Assembly: GCA_050575255.1 (NCBI GenBank)
Contig: JBNZDD010013730.1
Coordinates: 9,270,381 to 9,334,380 of the forward strand
Direction of reading: 5' to 3'
DNA: 64,000 nucleotides
Source: Harriotta raleighana
Taxonomy: Eukaryota
The notes below the pieces were generated by a model that made no database searches, had not been told where the DNA came from, and worked only from the letters and a program-made list of their open reading frames with translations. The stretch's first letter is position 1, and every line of letters begins with the position of its first letter. The translations under genes and the position numbers were made by a program. Shown piece after piece: positions 38,991 through 52,321 of the stretch.

Positions 38991-39889
38991 AACTATATAA
39001 TTTTTTTTCTATTAACTCCAAACACAAATTTTGGCCAGAGTGCTTCTATCGCTTTGACTGAAACTCTGAATGAAATAAATTGCATTTTGTTTGTATCACT
39101 TCTGATATGACCTGATTTGATTGTGACACCAACTGGAATTCACAGTATGATATAAAGATCAATTTCGTCAATATACCATTCCCTGTTATCAATAAGACAT
39201 CTCAGTAACTGATTGTGCCATTGCTAAATTTGACATTGTTTCATTTTGAGGAATTTTGTTTCATTGGAGGTATATTTCTCTCTTGCGTTTGATTCTGTAC
39301 AGTATTTAAGTCAGCTGTGAATTAAGAGTTTCAGAGAAATTTGTGCAACAAGCACAGACTTTTCTCTTTTAATCCCTTTCTGGTAGCTTCACAGCTGCTG
39401 ACAATGTTTAAACAAAAGGAAGCCTAAGGCTGATAAGCGCACACATCCTTTATACCTCTAAATTACAGGGTTGGTAGGGTATAAAATCCAATTACTGCAG
39501 TGACAGGAAACCAACATCTCCGAGCCAACAACAGGCAAAGCTGTAGATTGATGTAGTAGTAGCTATCTAGACACTATTGTTCTCGTTTAAGGTTCTGTGA
39601 CCTAAACCGTGTTGGCCACACATTGCCCTAGTTGCACAGTACATTGACTCTAGTGCAGTGCAATCTTTTGCACCATGTTGATGTCAAATATGCAGCCGAA
39701 AACAGCCAGTTTCCAAGCATGGACAGTTTCTAGCCAGCAGCTGGATCCACACCTCAACAATGACATGAGATTTGACAGGGCAGGAGTTTAAGATGCCAGA
39801 CAGAGTGCTGAATGAACCCTCTTTAAGTTTCAAATAGCATTTCACTGAAAAGTAGTGACCAACGAAGAAAGTTGTGTGCTGTGCGCATG

Positions 39890-39962
39890 TTGACCCTGCG
39901 CCTTGAGACGCCTACCTGACGTGAAAGGCGCTAAACAAGTATAATTTTGTTGTTGTTGTTGT
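39890..39962 (+). mobile_element. L2 3' tail
   Basis: 'gcgccttgagacgcctacctgacgtgaaaggcgctaaacaagtataattt(tgt)n'. Confidence 0.75.
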
Positions 39963-41002
39963 AACATGAGGCTGCAGGCAGCATGACTTAGGTAGTTCAG
40001 TCATACTACTTACGATAGTATCCCCGATACTGAATCGTTGTAGTGTAGCATAACTGAGGCAAGAGATACAATGGAGAGAAAGTGGTTATTCCATGGCCAT
40101 TCTTGGCAGTGTCACAAGGCCCCAATGTGAGAGCTCACAGTTCTTGAAAAAATCACTAATTCTATGTGGGAATTGCCACTAAATTGTTCATGCAACACGG
40201 AACTCTACTGACCCCCTTTCTCAATGGAGCCCAATCAGTAGTCAGAGAATAAGTGGATACTGTAATGCACTGGGGCACAGTGCATTCTCATTCTTCTTTC
40301 ATTCTTGAGAAAGCCTTTCTGAACTTACTTCTCCTGTGGTGTTTGTGAGTCCGGGCCTTTCACAGCATCAAGTACAAATGGTGCAGTATACAGCAGAGCA
40401 CTCATAGAAGCAAAATATACAATGTAGAATTTTTTTTGTCCCCCCCACCACCCCCCAGTAACTGACTATGCCTGTGAACTTTTGTAAAGGAGACTATCAG
40501 ACCAGTTATTTTACAGCCAACTTCCGAGATAAAGTATGAATTGTTTCAACACCAATGCCTCCTTTATAAACAAATGGAATGGAGCAAGCTTATTTTTAAT
40601 TATCTACACAGATGGGGATATGCTCCACTGGTATGTTAAGGTACAAATAAGGACTTAAAGTCTTAACAAACCCCATTATCAATAAGCATTCTCAATGTGG
40701 GTAAATGTACTGACACCACAAATACCTCCGTCTCTCTCCCCGCCCTACCCCAACCCTGCACCAAACCACACAAAAAAAACCTCTCCCAAACAATAATTTA
40801 GAGCCTAATGCTGCATTGCGAGAAATTGCTGAAGTGGACAGTGTGGGGCTGATGAATCTGTAGAAATCTATTATAACCACTATTTTCACACACACACCTT
40901 TTTTTGCTCAGCCCATGTGGTCAAATGCAAGCAAAAAATGGGGGGAGACGGGGAGGGAGGAAATGAGGACCTGTTTAACTTCAAATAAACACATCTGTCT
41001 TT

Positions 41003-41205
41003 AACAAAAACAGAAATTGCTGGGAACACACAACAGTTTAGGCAGCATATATGGAGAAAGGAAAGTGAGTCATCTTTTCGGGTCCATGTCCCTTCATCAG
41101 ACCCGAAACGTTGACTCACTTTTCCTCCCTTGCTAGCTGACCTGCTGAGTGTTCCCAGCAATTTCTATTTTGTTTCAGATTTCCAGCATCTGCAGTAATT
41201 GTTTT
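41003..41205. mobile_element. Penelope-like element terminal palindrome with degenerate hammerhead ribozyme core
   Basis: Arms 41003-41084 and 41100-41174 are inverted copies. The minus strand of 41067-41100 reads CTGATGA-AGGGAC-ATG-GACCC-GAAA-AGATGACTC. The right arm keeps GACCC-GAAACGTTGACTC. Confidence 0.7.
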
Positions 41206-41269
41206 TTTTGGTTACATACGTCTTTACTTTGAGCTCAACCCATTTGGATAGTCAAAGGTATGATTAAAG

Positions 41270-41490
41270 AGGTAAGATTTGAGATGGGAGCCAGAGGAGA
41301 GATATTTAATGGGTGGCTAGAGTGAGGGAGTTCCAGAGGATTAGGGGCATAGGAACTGATGGCTCAGCCACTGTTTTTGGTGTGGTGTGAGCCTAGAGTA
41401 CAAGCCTAAATCAGCCAAGCAGAGGACTAAGATAAGAGAAGGTCAGAGAGATAAGGAGTTCCCTGGGTGTGAACAGATTTGGTGGCTATG
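41270..41490 (-). mobile_element. L2 LINE fragment
   Basis: Purine-rich 'gggagttccagaggattaggggcataggaactgatggctcagccac' is typical of antisense L2 ORF2 end. Confidence 0.5.
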
Positions 41491-41509
41491 GTGAGGTCCT
41501 CAATTCCTG

Positions 41510-41568
41510 CTAAGTGATTTGCCATGTTGACAACGTGATAAGGCGCTATATCAAATGCATTATTATTA
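41510..41568 (+). mobile_element. SINE tail fragment
   Basis: 'cgtgataaggcgctatatcaaatgcattattatta'. Confidence 0.65.
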
Positions 41569-42379
41569 GATAAATTTAGCTGCATACATTTCCAGTAGAA
41601 GTTAGATCACCTTTTCGTGACGTCCAATAGAAGCCTCAAAGCTATTTTTTTCCAATGGGAATAGATACTTTGTTATGAAAATATAATTCATATTGACGTC
41701 AGTGAGTTGCAGAAGGAAAATGGAGACAGATGGAAACCACTGGATTCAAACTCAGCAAACTACAAACTGTGAAACCCCAAAATGGAGCCATAATAATAAG
41801 GTTTGCATAGGTCACTGCTGGTGGTCTGTTTCATGCATCAAAATTTTCCAAGATTGGATCAGATAACAGATTGAACAAGATGAAACGAGCGAGCAAGAAT
41901 TCGCTGACAGTAGATATAATGGTGTTTATATAAACACAAACAGTACAATCATTATTTTAAGTCCATGAGCCATTTCCTTTCAAACACAGTGACTTGTCTC
42001 AAATACTTTTAACTCAATTGAAGTACTGTGGTATCTTGGACATTCTATTTGGTTCAGATTATTTCAGACAAAAATCTTTCAAAGAGATGGTATGTACAGT
42101 ACTTAAGTCTGAAAATGCATGTTTAATGTGACCAAGTTATTAATATCCCATTTTCCTGTGGGGGTAAGAGGGAATTCATGGGAGCTGAGCTGGCCACAGA
42201 ATATTGGGAGATGCATTCCTCAGTAATTTGGTTCCCAAGCCAGATTCAATGCACTGACTACAGTGATCTGAGGCATTGTTACTGACAGAGCAGTCAGCTT
42301 GTCCAGGCAGTAGGATATGATGGGTCAGACGAGTCACTGAGGGCAAGGATTCTTCCCACTCACCTGTGATCCCTGAAAG

Positions 42380-44500
42380 CAAAAGCCCCCGACGTGTGGG
42401 GTGATCCTAGCAGGTAAAGCAGTGGGGGCGTTATCATTATTCTCCTTGTTTCGATGCAACGGGACATTTACGGGTTAGTGGTAAGTGGGAATAACAACAT
42501 AAGATGGCCATCTTAAGCGCCAATGCAGAAACCAACCAGCAACAGAAAGACATCCAACCCATTTGACACTCCCCAGTTGTCACTATTCTGCTCTGTGATA
42601 GAGGGGGATAAAATGAAATCATTGGTTAGTGGAGATCAATGTATTTAGGGACACACCTGTCTTTTGAACGTGCAGCTAAGCACTTCACGCAAGACATATG
42701 GCATATCACGAAAGCTTTTGCCCACTCGCAGGATGTAACGGAAGGCAGCACTCGAAACACACCAAAATCAGCCGTCCGACATCTCGGGAGGGATTTGTAG
42801 CTTCGGTTATCGAGGATGACACGACAAGCGATGACAGGGCTGGGTGTCCGGGAAAGCTAACCCTTGGATGGAACCGATGCAAACGCTGCTGGGGCGAATG
42901 ACAAGTTCCAGTGTACGGTCCCGAGTCTCTTACCCGAGGATAATGAGCAAACAATCCCTCACATGCCGGTTGCGACCGGCTGATCAAACCGGGCGCGTTA
43001 ATCCACAAGCTACTGCATTTGTTAACTGACACAGAACTCGCTCGACACTGCGAGACCGGCGACCACACCGCAAATGGACGTTCATTGCTCGACACTGGCA
43101 GTTCCTGCAAGCTGGTACCCGACCAAACACACTCACAGCAACTGTGAACCGCCCAGTGTAACGTGTCGGTTTCGGGGGAGACCTGGCAACGGACCGTTTC
43201 CCGCAACCCCGTTGATGGGGGGGAGCAACGCTGAGGAGACGCTGCAACTCTTTTAAAATCGCTGAAAATTGGAAAGCCCATTCGGAATGGAGCCAGGCTG
43301 CTCAACACGGATAAACAGCAGATAAATGACTGGAATAGAATTTCATCGAGCAACGGGGTGGGCACTGGGGCTTTCTTATTGGCATTCATCCCTGAGTTTG
43401 CAGATATCATATTAAACTGCAAAACTGTTTTGCGAGGCTGCCAGGAAGCTGCTCTGGGTGTTCAGTGTGCTGCAATTACTGGCATTACCTCTTCTAAAAC
43501 GTGATCTGATCGCAGCAGCGCCCGGATTGACTGGTGTGTTAAATGATGTTAAATGATCTAATGCCGTGGGACGGACTCCCAAGACCTTACAGCATTGATA
43601 CGTTCGAACAAGATTATCAAACTGTTTGCTCAGCAAATGCACACGCAATTGAGACCCTGTTCCTTTCAAACTCTCCCGTCTGTCTCTGTAGGTGCAGCTT
43701 TCGCGAAGGCTCGGATTTCAAAGGTTAAAATGCACATTAATCTCTTCGCGTCGGGGATGACTTTAATCGCAAAGAATAGACTCGAAACCCTGCCATTGAG
43801 TACCTGTGGGGAACGCCTGGACCTTGTGAACAAGGATCCCAAGGGGGCAATGCAGATAAAGATCCAATTCAGTGGCAGGATCCGTGAAATATTGCAGAAG
43901 TGGGGAGGGCAATAACTAAATAAGTCCACAGACTGTACTAGTACTAGCAACAACAAAGACAACAACATTACATTTATACAGCGCGTTTCACGTCAGGAGG
44001 ACGTGAAATGCACTCTCTCTCTCTCCTCTCTCTCTGTGACGGAGGGGGTGGGGGGAGGTGGGGTGCAATTTTATCAGGCTTCTCTCACCGCCTTTTGTGT
44101 TTTGCTTATACCGTCTGCCCACTGACCTGGCGACTCTGGCCCCTCTGCAGCTCCCGTCCCAAATGCGACGTGTAGATCAGTCGCAGTTTCCGAATGAGAA
44201 GCGAAAGCGCTCGGGTCTACATTTCCACCGGCTCGAAGGGGGAAGGAAAGCTGCCGAGGGAANCCCCCTCTGCAGCTCCCGTCCCAAATGCGACGTGTAG
44301 ATCAGTCGCAGTTTCCGAATGAGAAGCGAAAGCGCTCGGGTCTACATTTCCACCGGCTCGAAGGGGGAAGGAAAGCTGCCGAGGGAACCTGCTGGTCCGA
44401 TAAAATTGCACCCCACCTCCCCCCACCCCCTCCGTCACAGAGAGAGAGAGGAGAGAGAGAGAGTGCATTTCACGTCCTCCTGACGTGAAACGTGCTGTAT
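42380..44500. promoter_or_regulatory. CpG-rich island (putative promoter or enhancer)
   Basis: CpG is abundant relative to the flanks. Palindromic YY1-like site TAAGATGGCCATCTTA at 42500-42515. Consensus donors on both strands at the left edge. Confidence 0.5.
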
Positions 44501-44600
44501 AAATGTAATGTTGTTGTCTTTGTTGTTGCTAGTACTAGTACAGTCTGTGGACTTATTTAGTTATTGCCCTTCCCACTTATTTAGTTATTGCCCTCCCCAC
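43900..44600. repeat. 176-bp near-perfect inverted repeat containing an L2 tail, with an internal 123-bp duplication across an N
   Basis: Arms 43900-44075 and 44399-44576 differ by 2 substitutions and one CT unit. 44140-44262 is identical to 44265-44387, with N at 44263. A 24-bp tandem duplication lies at 44551-44598. Confidence 0.9.
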
Positions 44601-47600
44601 CAAGTTCCCAATTGCAATGGACTGGACGCAAACAGACACGATGGGCTCAAGATCAAGCCCTTTACTACACCGACAGACAGACAGAGAGAGAGAGAGATTA
44701 CAGAGGATATTTGTACTCCCCGAATGAAAGGGCATCGCTTCTAAGTTCTATTCAATCATTATTTTTAATTCGTGGCCATTCCCTGCACAATGATCTGAGG
44801 AACAGGAGTGGAGGAGAAAATAAAATCAAAAAATAAAATCCAACATAATTTGAGTCCAAAAGCAAGCTGAAACCAAACCTTCCTTACTGTACACCTCACA
44901 CAACGTAACATAGTCAGTCGGTATGGGGTCTTCTAAACCGAACAGCAAAGTGACACAAGAATACTAATTGACTCTGAACAGAATTATAGGAAAGCTTGAG
45001 TAAACACGACTGAATCTTAACTCTTCATTATGTGACGGACATAATGTTTCACTGTCTGAACAGTAGATACTTCACCAACAAATATCCCATTCATCTGCCG
45101 ACAAAAGAAAAGCCACCGATTTAATTTAAGTGGAAATTTCAAACTCTTTGTCACATTACTGCTAGTCTATGGCCTGCTCTAATGATGATCTTTAAATAGC
45201 AGACTTGTTGATGGGTTCCCCCCCTTCCGTCACAACAACACCTTGCTTTAATTCTCCAGTCTCTCATTACAATCCGTCTGCACAGTACCAAACCCCTCAT
45301 CTCGTTTACTTACACCTCTGCCTCCTTCCACAGTAAAATCTTCCATCTCTCTCGACGACTTCCACGTCTCCCTTTGGGCTGGTTTTTGTGGTCAGGAATC
45401 TTATTATATCAATTTCAGCCCTCATTCTCTCAGAAGAGGTTGAATAAATGTAAAATGAAATACAACAGAGGAACTTGTGCAATTGGAAGTATTAATCTAC
45501 CTGTGCTGTATTCCGATTGCCTTTTGGTTTGACAGTACATTCATCAGATATTTGTGAGACTTGACTACGTTTGGTTTGGAAGATGTTAGGTCAGACTACA
45601 AGTCTCTAGCAGGGTTGTGGGTTGCATTCAATAATAATATCCTGGTAACATCTCGCACTGTGCACTCTAAAATCATTACGAGGGTCGTGTTTCATTTCAA
45701 TCTTTATAGGAGTAGCCTTCATCAATTTTTAATCCATTTCCTTACCACGGGAGCAGGGGAAATTTAAGAGCTGGCATGAACTGGATGTCACATCAGTAAC
45801 TCAGAATCCTCTTGGAATCGAACTTCATAAAAATCGGTTTCTTTCAACCGTTGTCACATAGTTCTAATTGATTTTTTTTTTAAAAACCTTAAGTCAGAAA
45901 AGAAATTGATCAAATTTTATTTTCAACATAATACCGTTATGCTTTTAAAAAAAAGTCGGGGTGGGGGGAAAAGTGGGATAAAGCACTAAAAGGAACGTTT
46001 GGATTGTCTGCTGTGGGTTGTTCTGATTATTTGGTTCATTCAGATTATCACAACATATGCTGTTCAGTTAATTGCATCCTTCAAATATAAGTTTGATGAA
46101 AGCCACAGCATAAGATTGAAAAGACATCCTACAATGAAAAAAAAATGACTCCCACAAAGTGACAGGAAGACAAGGTTTCCTGGCAGGCTTAGAATGAAAT
46201 TTGTGCTTTATATCCATTACCAGCTTTCTGCTTCCTGCAATATTATAATACAGCACTAAGGTTACTTCTTCGGCACCTCTAAAAGGCTCTACAACACAGG
46301 TCAATAAGGTCAGAGTACTGGTTGATACTGAATTGGATTACTAAATGTTAAGTTATAATAATTTGTGCTGGTTATCATTACGTTAAGTCTTGTACGTCAA
46401 CTAGTTTTTTTTTGCCCGGAGCACTCTCTGAAGATTTATGTGAATTAATCAGTTACCAGAAGAAAACAGATTCCTGTGAGAAACTCAAGAGCTTTAAAAA
46501 CCTCAACCTGAGAGGACCACATTTGTCAAAATTTGACAGTTTGTCTGCCGTGGTTTTTGCAAAAATGAAAAGTTTAGTCAAGCAATTTTGTTCGGCTGAC
46601 TGACAGGCTGACAGAAATTCTCCAGCTAAAAATACGATTGAAACCATCACAGATGTGTAAGTTATTGATAACCCTCTGTCTAATTGGTCAACACCCTTAT
46701 GCTGGTTACACCACATGGATCACAGTTCACAGTGGCAAGTTGGTGTTGGGTGTGGGGGAGGGAGGGGAGAGATTGACTGGTTTGAAATATCACCTGATTT
46801 TCGAGACTGCTTGTAAAACACGTTACGTCAAGTTGAAGAAAGCTGGGTATCTATGAACTGCATGAATTATAAATAAAGAACTTTGTTTTTTGCTGAACTG
46901 TCTGAGGCCAGTTCTGCACTATAGAGAGAATTTGAAATGCGTAAAATTCTCTCTCACAATTGGAACCAGTTATCAAACATCACCATCAGCCAAAAGCTAT
47001 TTTGCAGCAGTCAGTGCCTTCCTTGCTGTCAGAGCTCATTGTATTTAGTCATAATGCTCCATTTTATACAATGACTGCATCTGAATCATTCCATTCCTCG
47101 CTGATAAAAGCCCAAACATGTCTGCCCTGTTCTATTCATGTGGAACATGCCCAAGGTCTGTGATAATGACAGCATTAATTTGATTCAAAGCATTTTTCTG
47201 AAGGTACACTTTACGATTTTGCTATGTTGTTATTACCAGTATCAGTGGATGTAATATGTGATTAACATTCCTTTAAAACTCACAACATTAATCATGACTT
47301 TGTTTTGAAAGGCCCAGGATTTGAAACTGCCCAGCGCATGAGTCATGTTTGAAAACGGTCTCTTTCGGATTATTAAAAAAAAGATTTTAAATCTTACACC
47401 TGGTTCATTTAGTTTGCTTCAAAAATCCCCATTTTGCCCCACCCCTTATCTTCCATTTAAACTACAAGAAAAAGGTCATATGATCCCATTTTGTTCCATA
47501 ATTTGAAGAACAGGACAGTGTGTGAATGAAACAATAGTGTGTGAATCTTTATAAATCAGACAGGATCTCGCAAACAGGCAAACCTATTCATCAAACCTCC

Positions 47601-47789
47601 CAACCATTGCATGGAATGGAAAATTATTCCATATATTGGAAGCATGAGAAAATCAAAGGAAAGGGCAAGCAAATTAAAGGCAAACTAGAAGGGATGTTGT
47701 TTAAAGACCACTCAGTGGTTTTTCCCAAATTGGTCTTTATAATACCTTTGTCATGATGGTGAGGAAAAAAATGGTCATTTACTTCATGA

Positions 47790-47925
47790 AAATTGTGTGT
47801 AAATTAGCTGCTGCTTTCACCTACAAATACACAATCAAACACTGCAGTTCCCAGCAAAAAAATCATTTAGAACTATTTGACACGATAAGGAAGTATATCA
47901 AATGAAAGGCTTAATTATTACTGTA
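47790..47925 (+). mobile_element. Diverged SINE 3' part
   Basis: 'gtgtgtaaattagctgctgctttcacctacaaatacaca...cacgataaggaagtatatcaaatgaaagg..attatta'. Confidence 0.55.
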
Positions 47926-48949
47926 TTATGAAACACATTCTGATCTATACCTGATTAAATGGGTAGTTTTCCACTGAACCCCTGTGAGTGTCAAATCATC
48001 TTATCAGCTCTCTACTGCCACAATTTCCTGACCAGTGTGGTAGTTATGGTGGTGTGGGGGGATTCCAAGTAAAAAAAAACTTCAGTCCCTTTGTCTCAGC
48101 CAATAAAAAAAATTGCTAAATCATTTGAAATGGGTGTGCTTTTATCAATCTCTATGTAAAAGTTAACATCTTTTTATCATTATGAGTTACTTCCTTTGGG
48201 GAAAATGAAAGTTGTCATTTATGTTTAGTTGCTTGAATGTAAAGCACCAGCTAACTTACTGTACACACCATCACCAATAATCCTACACTATAGTACAACA
48301 GTCAAGACAACATACCTCTTTTATCATGAGCAAAAAGAGTAGTAGGCCTGGTTTGTACCATTAATTATATTTGGGAGAAAGAGCCAGATTAGGTTCATAA
48401 ATCCCTGCAATCCATTACCAGTGTCTTAATGAGTGTGGGGAAGGAGGTGGTGGTGGGGGGGGGGGCAAGAGTTCTCCCTATCCGCATAAAATGCAATCCA
48501 GCACTCTATGCAAACATTAGATTCTTTTCTAAAGCAATTTAGAATATGAAGAAAAGGAAGAAATATTTATTTTACAACGATCTTAACGCCTGCTGAGCTA
48601 ATTGATTTGTGCATCCTGAAAATAACTTCTTGAAGATTGCATTTTAGTGACACTTTGCCTACCGGTCCAATGGAAACATTGAAATACACATCAAATGTTG
48701 GGGAAAAAATGCAAACAATCCCTTTAAATTAAATTCAATGTCAGCTAAGCATGTAATTAAATATAAAATGTCAGTTCCATTACAAATCCTGACAGGTGAT
48801 AAATAGCTTTCTCTCTCAACAAAGATTGGCATGTCCAATGATATTTTGTTTCTCAAAAAGCAAACCTTGCATTAACCTTTGAGCACCAACCAAGTAGTCT
48901 TATTCAATACACATGCACACACTGTCTGTATCTGGACTATAGCTTTGAA

Positions 48950-49180
48950 TATAACAATTGTTGCATTTGATATAGCACCTTATTACAGCATTTAGGTGTG
49001 TCAAAGTGCTTCACACTTATTGTAAAGTGTAGTCACTGTGTATTTGTCAGCCAATTTGTGCACAGCAATATCCTACAAAAAGCCATGAGGTAAATGATTA
49101 ATTTTATTTTGGGGATTGTTGGCGCTTCTCTTTTTGAGTAGTGCCATGGAATCTTCATAATTCACTCGAACAGGCAGAAT
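48950..49180 (-). mobile_element. DeuSINE-type SINE fragment
   Basis: Tail 'ttgcatttgatatagcaccttat', body 'cagccaatttgtgcacagcaatatcctacaaa', Deu motif 'agtgccatggaatcttcataattcactcgaacaggcaga'. Confidence 0.7.
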
Positions 49181-51819
49181 TTATACCCAATCTACTGAAA
49201 TCTACAGGTAATTGTGTGGTTAACTCTTTCCATGTGCAGCCAGCCTATCAGAAGGAGTGCTTTGCTGTAGTGAGACAGAAAAGAGGAAAAAAATAACTTG
49301 CTATAATCTATTCATCACTCTGTGAACATCTTAATTGACAATGCTGGCTTTCTCAGAGTTAGCATGCGAGACAGAAAGTGTGGAAAAAGTCATTTTAAAA
49401 ATGCTTGCAAAATACATGTGTATTTGATCCGAGTTAAAAGGAGTTGCAAAAAAATGTTTCAAACAAAAATTGTAGTTTGCAAAACATTAACTCAATTAAG
49501 ATACATAATCTTTTAAGCCCTAAAACAAGCATTTTATACTTCAAATCTATCGCAGCCAAATCACTTAATTCCGCCTTTGAGTACTAAATACAGTACTCAT
49601 CTTTTTTGCTTGCACATGGTACAGAATGGTACTGTGCAATGTTCTGGAGGACAATTATAAGACTCCGCTTTGCTTGTTCTTGAAATGACATTCGCAGCCC
49701 ACATTCTGTATCTTTACACTCCAGTTTGCTTATAATGTAATCAACTGCGTAATTACTAAGAAACTAGTTGAACTCTGGAGGATGCGATGGAAAACATGTT
49801 TGTTGTTTGGAAACTGTAATCTGTTAATCCTTACAGGATTTACAAACTGCCATGCAAAGTTGGGGCAATGGTGCTGATGAGTAATCCAACAAACTGCAAC
49901 CTGACAGCAGGGTTGTAAGATGAATTCCTCAGCAGTGTTCAACAGCTGATTTCAGCCATGTTATTGTAGTGAAGCACAGGCTGAAACCTCCCAATGAGCT
50001 AGGAAAGTGGAAAGGGGAAAGCAGAAGGAGGCTCAATCCCAGGTCGACTTGATGCACTTCTTACTGTACTACTCAAAGCAGCATTAATAGAGGACTTAGA
50101 GCAAGCGAACAACTCGCTCTACATATCTAATACTGTACTCAAAATACTCTTCTAGGCCAACACAAACATATTGAAATCCTGTTGTGTAAAATGTACGTAA
50201 ATGTACATGACCAAACCTTGTCAAGATTTATTACTTAGCCTTTCCTACCATTAATATTTACCACAGTACTTACATATAATTATGTAATAATTACGGGTGA
50301 GTCAAAAACTACAAAAAAAAAGGCAACCTCGTTCATTGAATGTCTATTGTAAAGTCATTTGGACTGCTCCATAAATGGATGCTTAGGTAAAAATAATCAA
50401 AATCTAGATTTAACACTGACATAAACTTATCATTTCCTGGTAGATCAAACCAGTTGTTTAAAAGCATGTAAAGGTCAATGGCAATCTGAACCTGTGGCCT
50501 GAAATTTTACCTCAGCCAAGACCCTTTGTTTTGAAATGTAATATCCTTAAATTCAGTTTTAATTTGCAGCCATTTTTTGTATAGCTGGTGAAAGGAACCA
50601 GCTTCCAAATTGAGATTAAATTTATAAGAAGGTCCCAAATTTCTAGGTGATCTAAAATTTGAAGGCGAAATGGTATTAGCATGCTAAGATTAGGCCTGTA
50701 GCGTGACTGAAGTGCTCTCTCACAGGAACGAGTGCACTCACATGAACTTGAAAGTTCAGACATATTTTGTAAGATTTACAAATTGGAAATTCCTTTATGG
50801 TTCAGAAGGCAATTGGTGTGCATTGTTCTTCTCTGCTGCTATACAGCCAGCCAGACGCAAACTCAGAACTGTCTATCTGTATCACCCAAGCTTGAAGAGG
50901 TAAATTAGCCAAACCGTAGACAGATTCAGCATCTTGGGACTGATTCCATGTGGAGGCCAGGTGACTAGCAGCATTTAGGTTTATGGTCAATGGTCAACTC
51001 ATTTTCTAATCTAATTTGCACATAAAAATTGAAAACCGTGATGTGCAATGGGAGTGACCAATGATTTTGTTCTTGTATTGCCAGTGAGCAGGGCTGACAA
51101 GCTGACTCCTGTTCAGGAACGAATAAATACTTTCCTGTTAACCCTAAAAAGGGTACATCATTTTCAATGTGGGTATCTCAATACCATACACTCATTAAAC
51201 AATACAGTAATTTTAACTTTTGAAAGAGTCTATTGCAGCAGCAGCTCCGCTCTGGAGAAAATTATGAGATAATTTAAGCACATGTAGTAAAACCCCAAAT
51301 TACCCAGTGCAAAAATAAACCCGATTTAAAATGCTGCAAGACATAGCAGTCAGGAGTTTGATTCATGTCTGTGGCAGCAATGCAAGGCTATCTGTGTGAT
51401 AAGTGTTGCTAGTTTCTCAGTCTTAGCTGCTGTGTTTTGGGCAGCCTAAACAAACAGTCACAAGGGTGTCTTCCTCATTCTATGGGCTGATGTGTGCTTC
51501 CCACTTAATATGCCTGGAGCAGAACTGGTTGGAATTTGGGAAATGGATTTTCTTAGAAACTGTCAAAGGTAGGAAGTCCTGAGAACTGTATTGGCGCGCA
51601 GGTTCCTATTCCCAAAAAAGCTGTCCTTTATTATTATATGTCGTTGGTAAAGAAACATTTATCAGGCAGGAAATACAAGTTAAAATGCATTAGTGGGTTG
51701 AGATTAGCCTCACAACAGAATATACAGTATACCCTGTTTCATAGCTAAAAATTATACTCTTTCCTGTACATGATTTGTATTCTTATCACAATTCAGAGAA
51801 TTCAAACCACTCAATCATC

Positions 51820-51952
51820 ATTTAATAATAATCCTTGCATTTGATCCAACACCTTATCACATTATAGAGACATCTAAAAGCACTTCACAGAATATACTTC
51901 AAAATGCCATGACTGTATTTTGTCAGTGAATATGGCAGCCAATTTGTGCAGC
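51820..51952 (-). mobile_element. SINE 3' fragment
   Basis: 'aataataatccttgcatttgat...ccttatcacatt...aagcacttcacagaatatac...ggcagccaatttgtgca'. Confidence 0.75.
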
Positions 51953-52321
51953 TAATTATATTATACGCTATCTCACATCCATCCTCTTTGTAGGAAACTG
52001 AAGTTAACAATTAATGAATGTTGTATCCCTGAACCATTTTTTCTTGAAATTCCTTTTCTTTCAAATTTTATTTTAACTGAGTGATTGATTTTTAAACAAA
52101 AAAACGTCCAGTGTAGTCAGGTTAACGATTGTGAAATTGCAGCCTTACTCCAGACCATTAAACATGATGGCCCACTGACCTTACTGGAAATGTGGAAAAG
52201 CTGATAAGTAATAGTTTAATAAGGACATACCATTCTGTGTCATTTCTGACCCACACTGGCTTAATGTTTGATACAAGTGTACAATCATTACGAACAACTA
52301 CTTGATCCTTACAAAATCTTA

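Noticed and set aside
42706-43422. 238-aa minus-strand ORF
   Set aside because: No recognisable homology, Ser/Pro/Cys/Arg-rich composition typical of GC-rich non-coding DNA, non-ATG annotated start; not called as CDS.
44140-44387. 123-bp perfect tandem duplication
   Set aside because: Identical copies separated by a single N are most simply an unmerged contig overlap.
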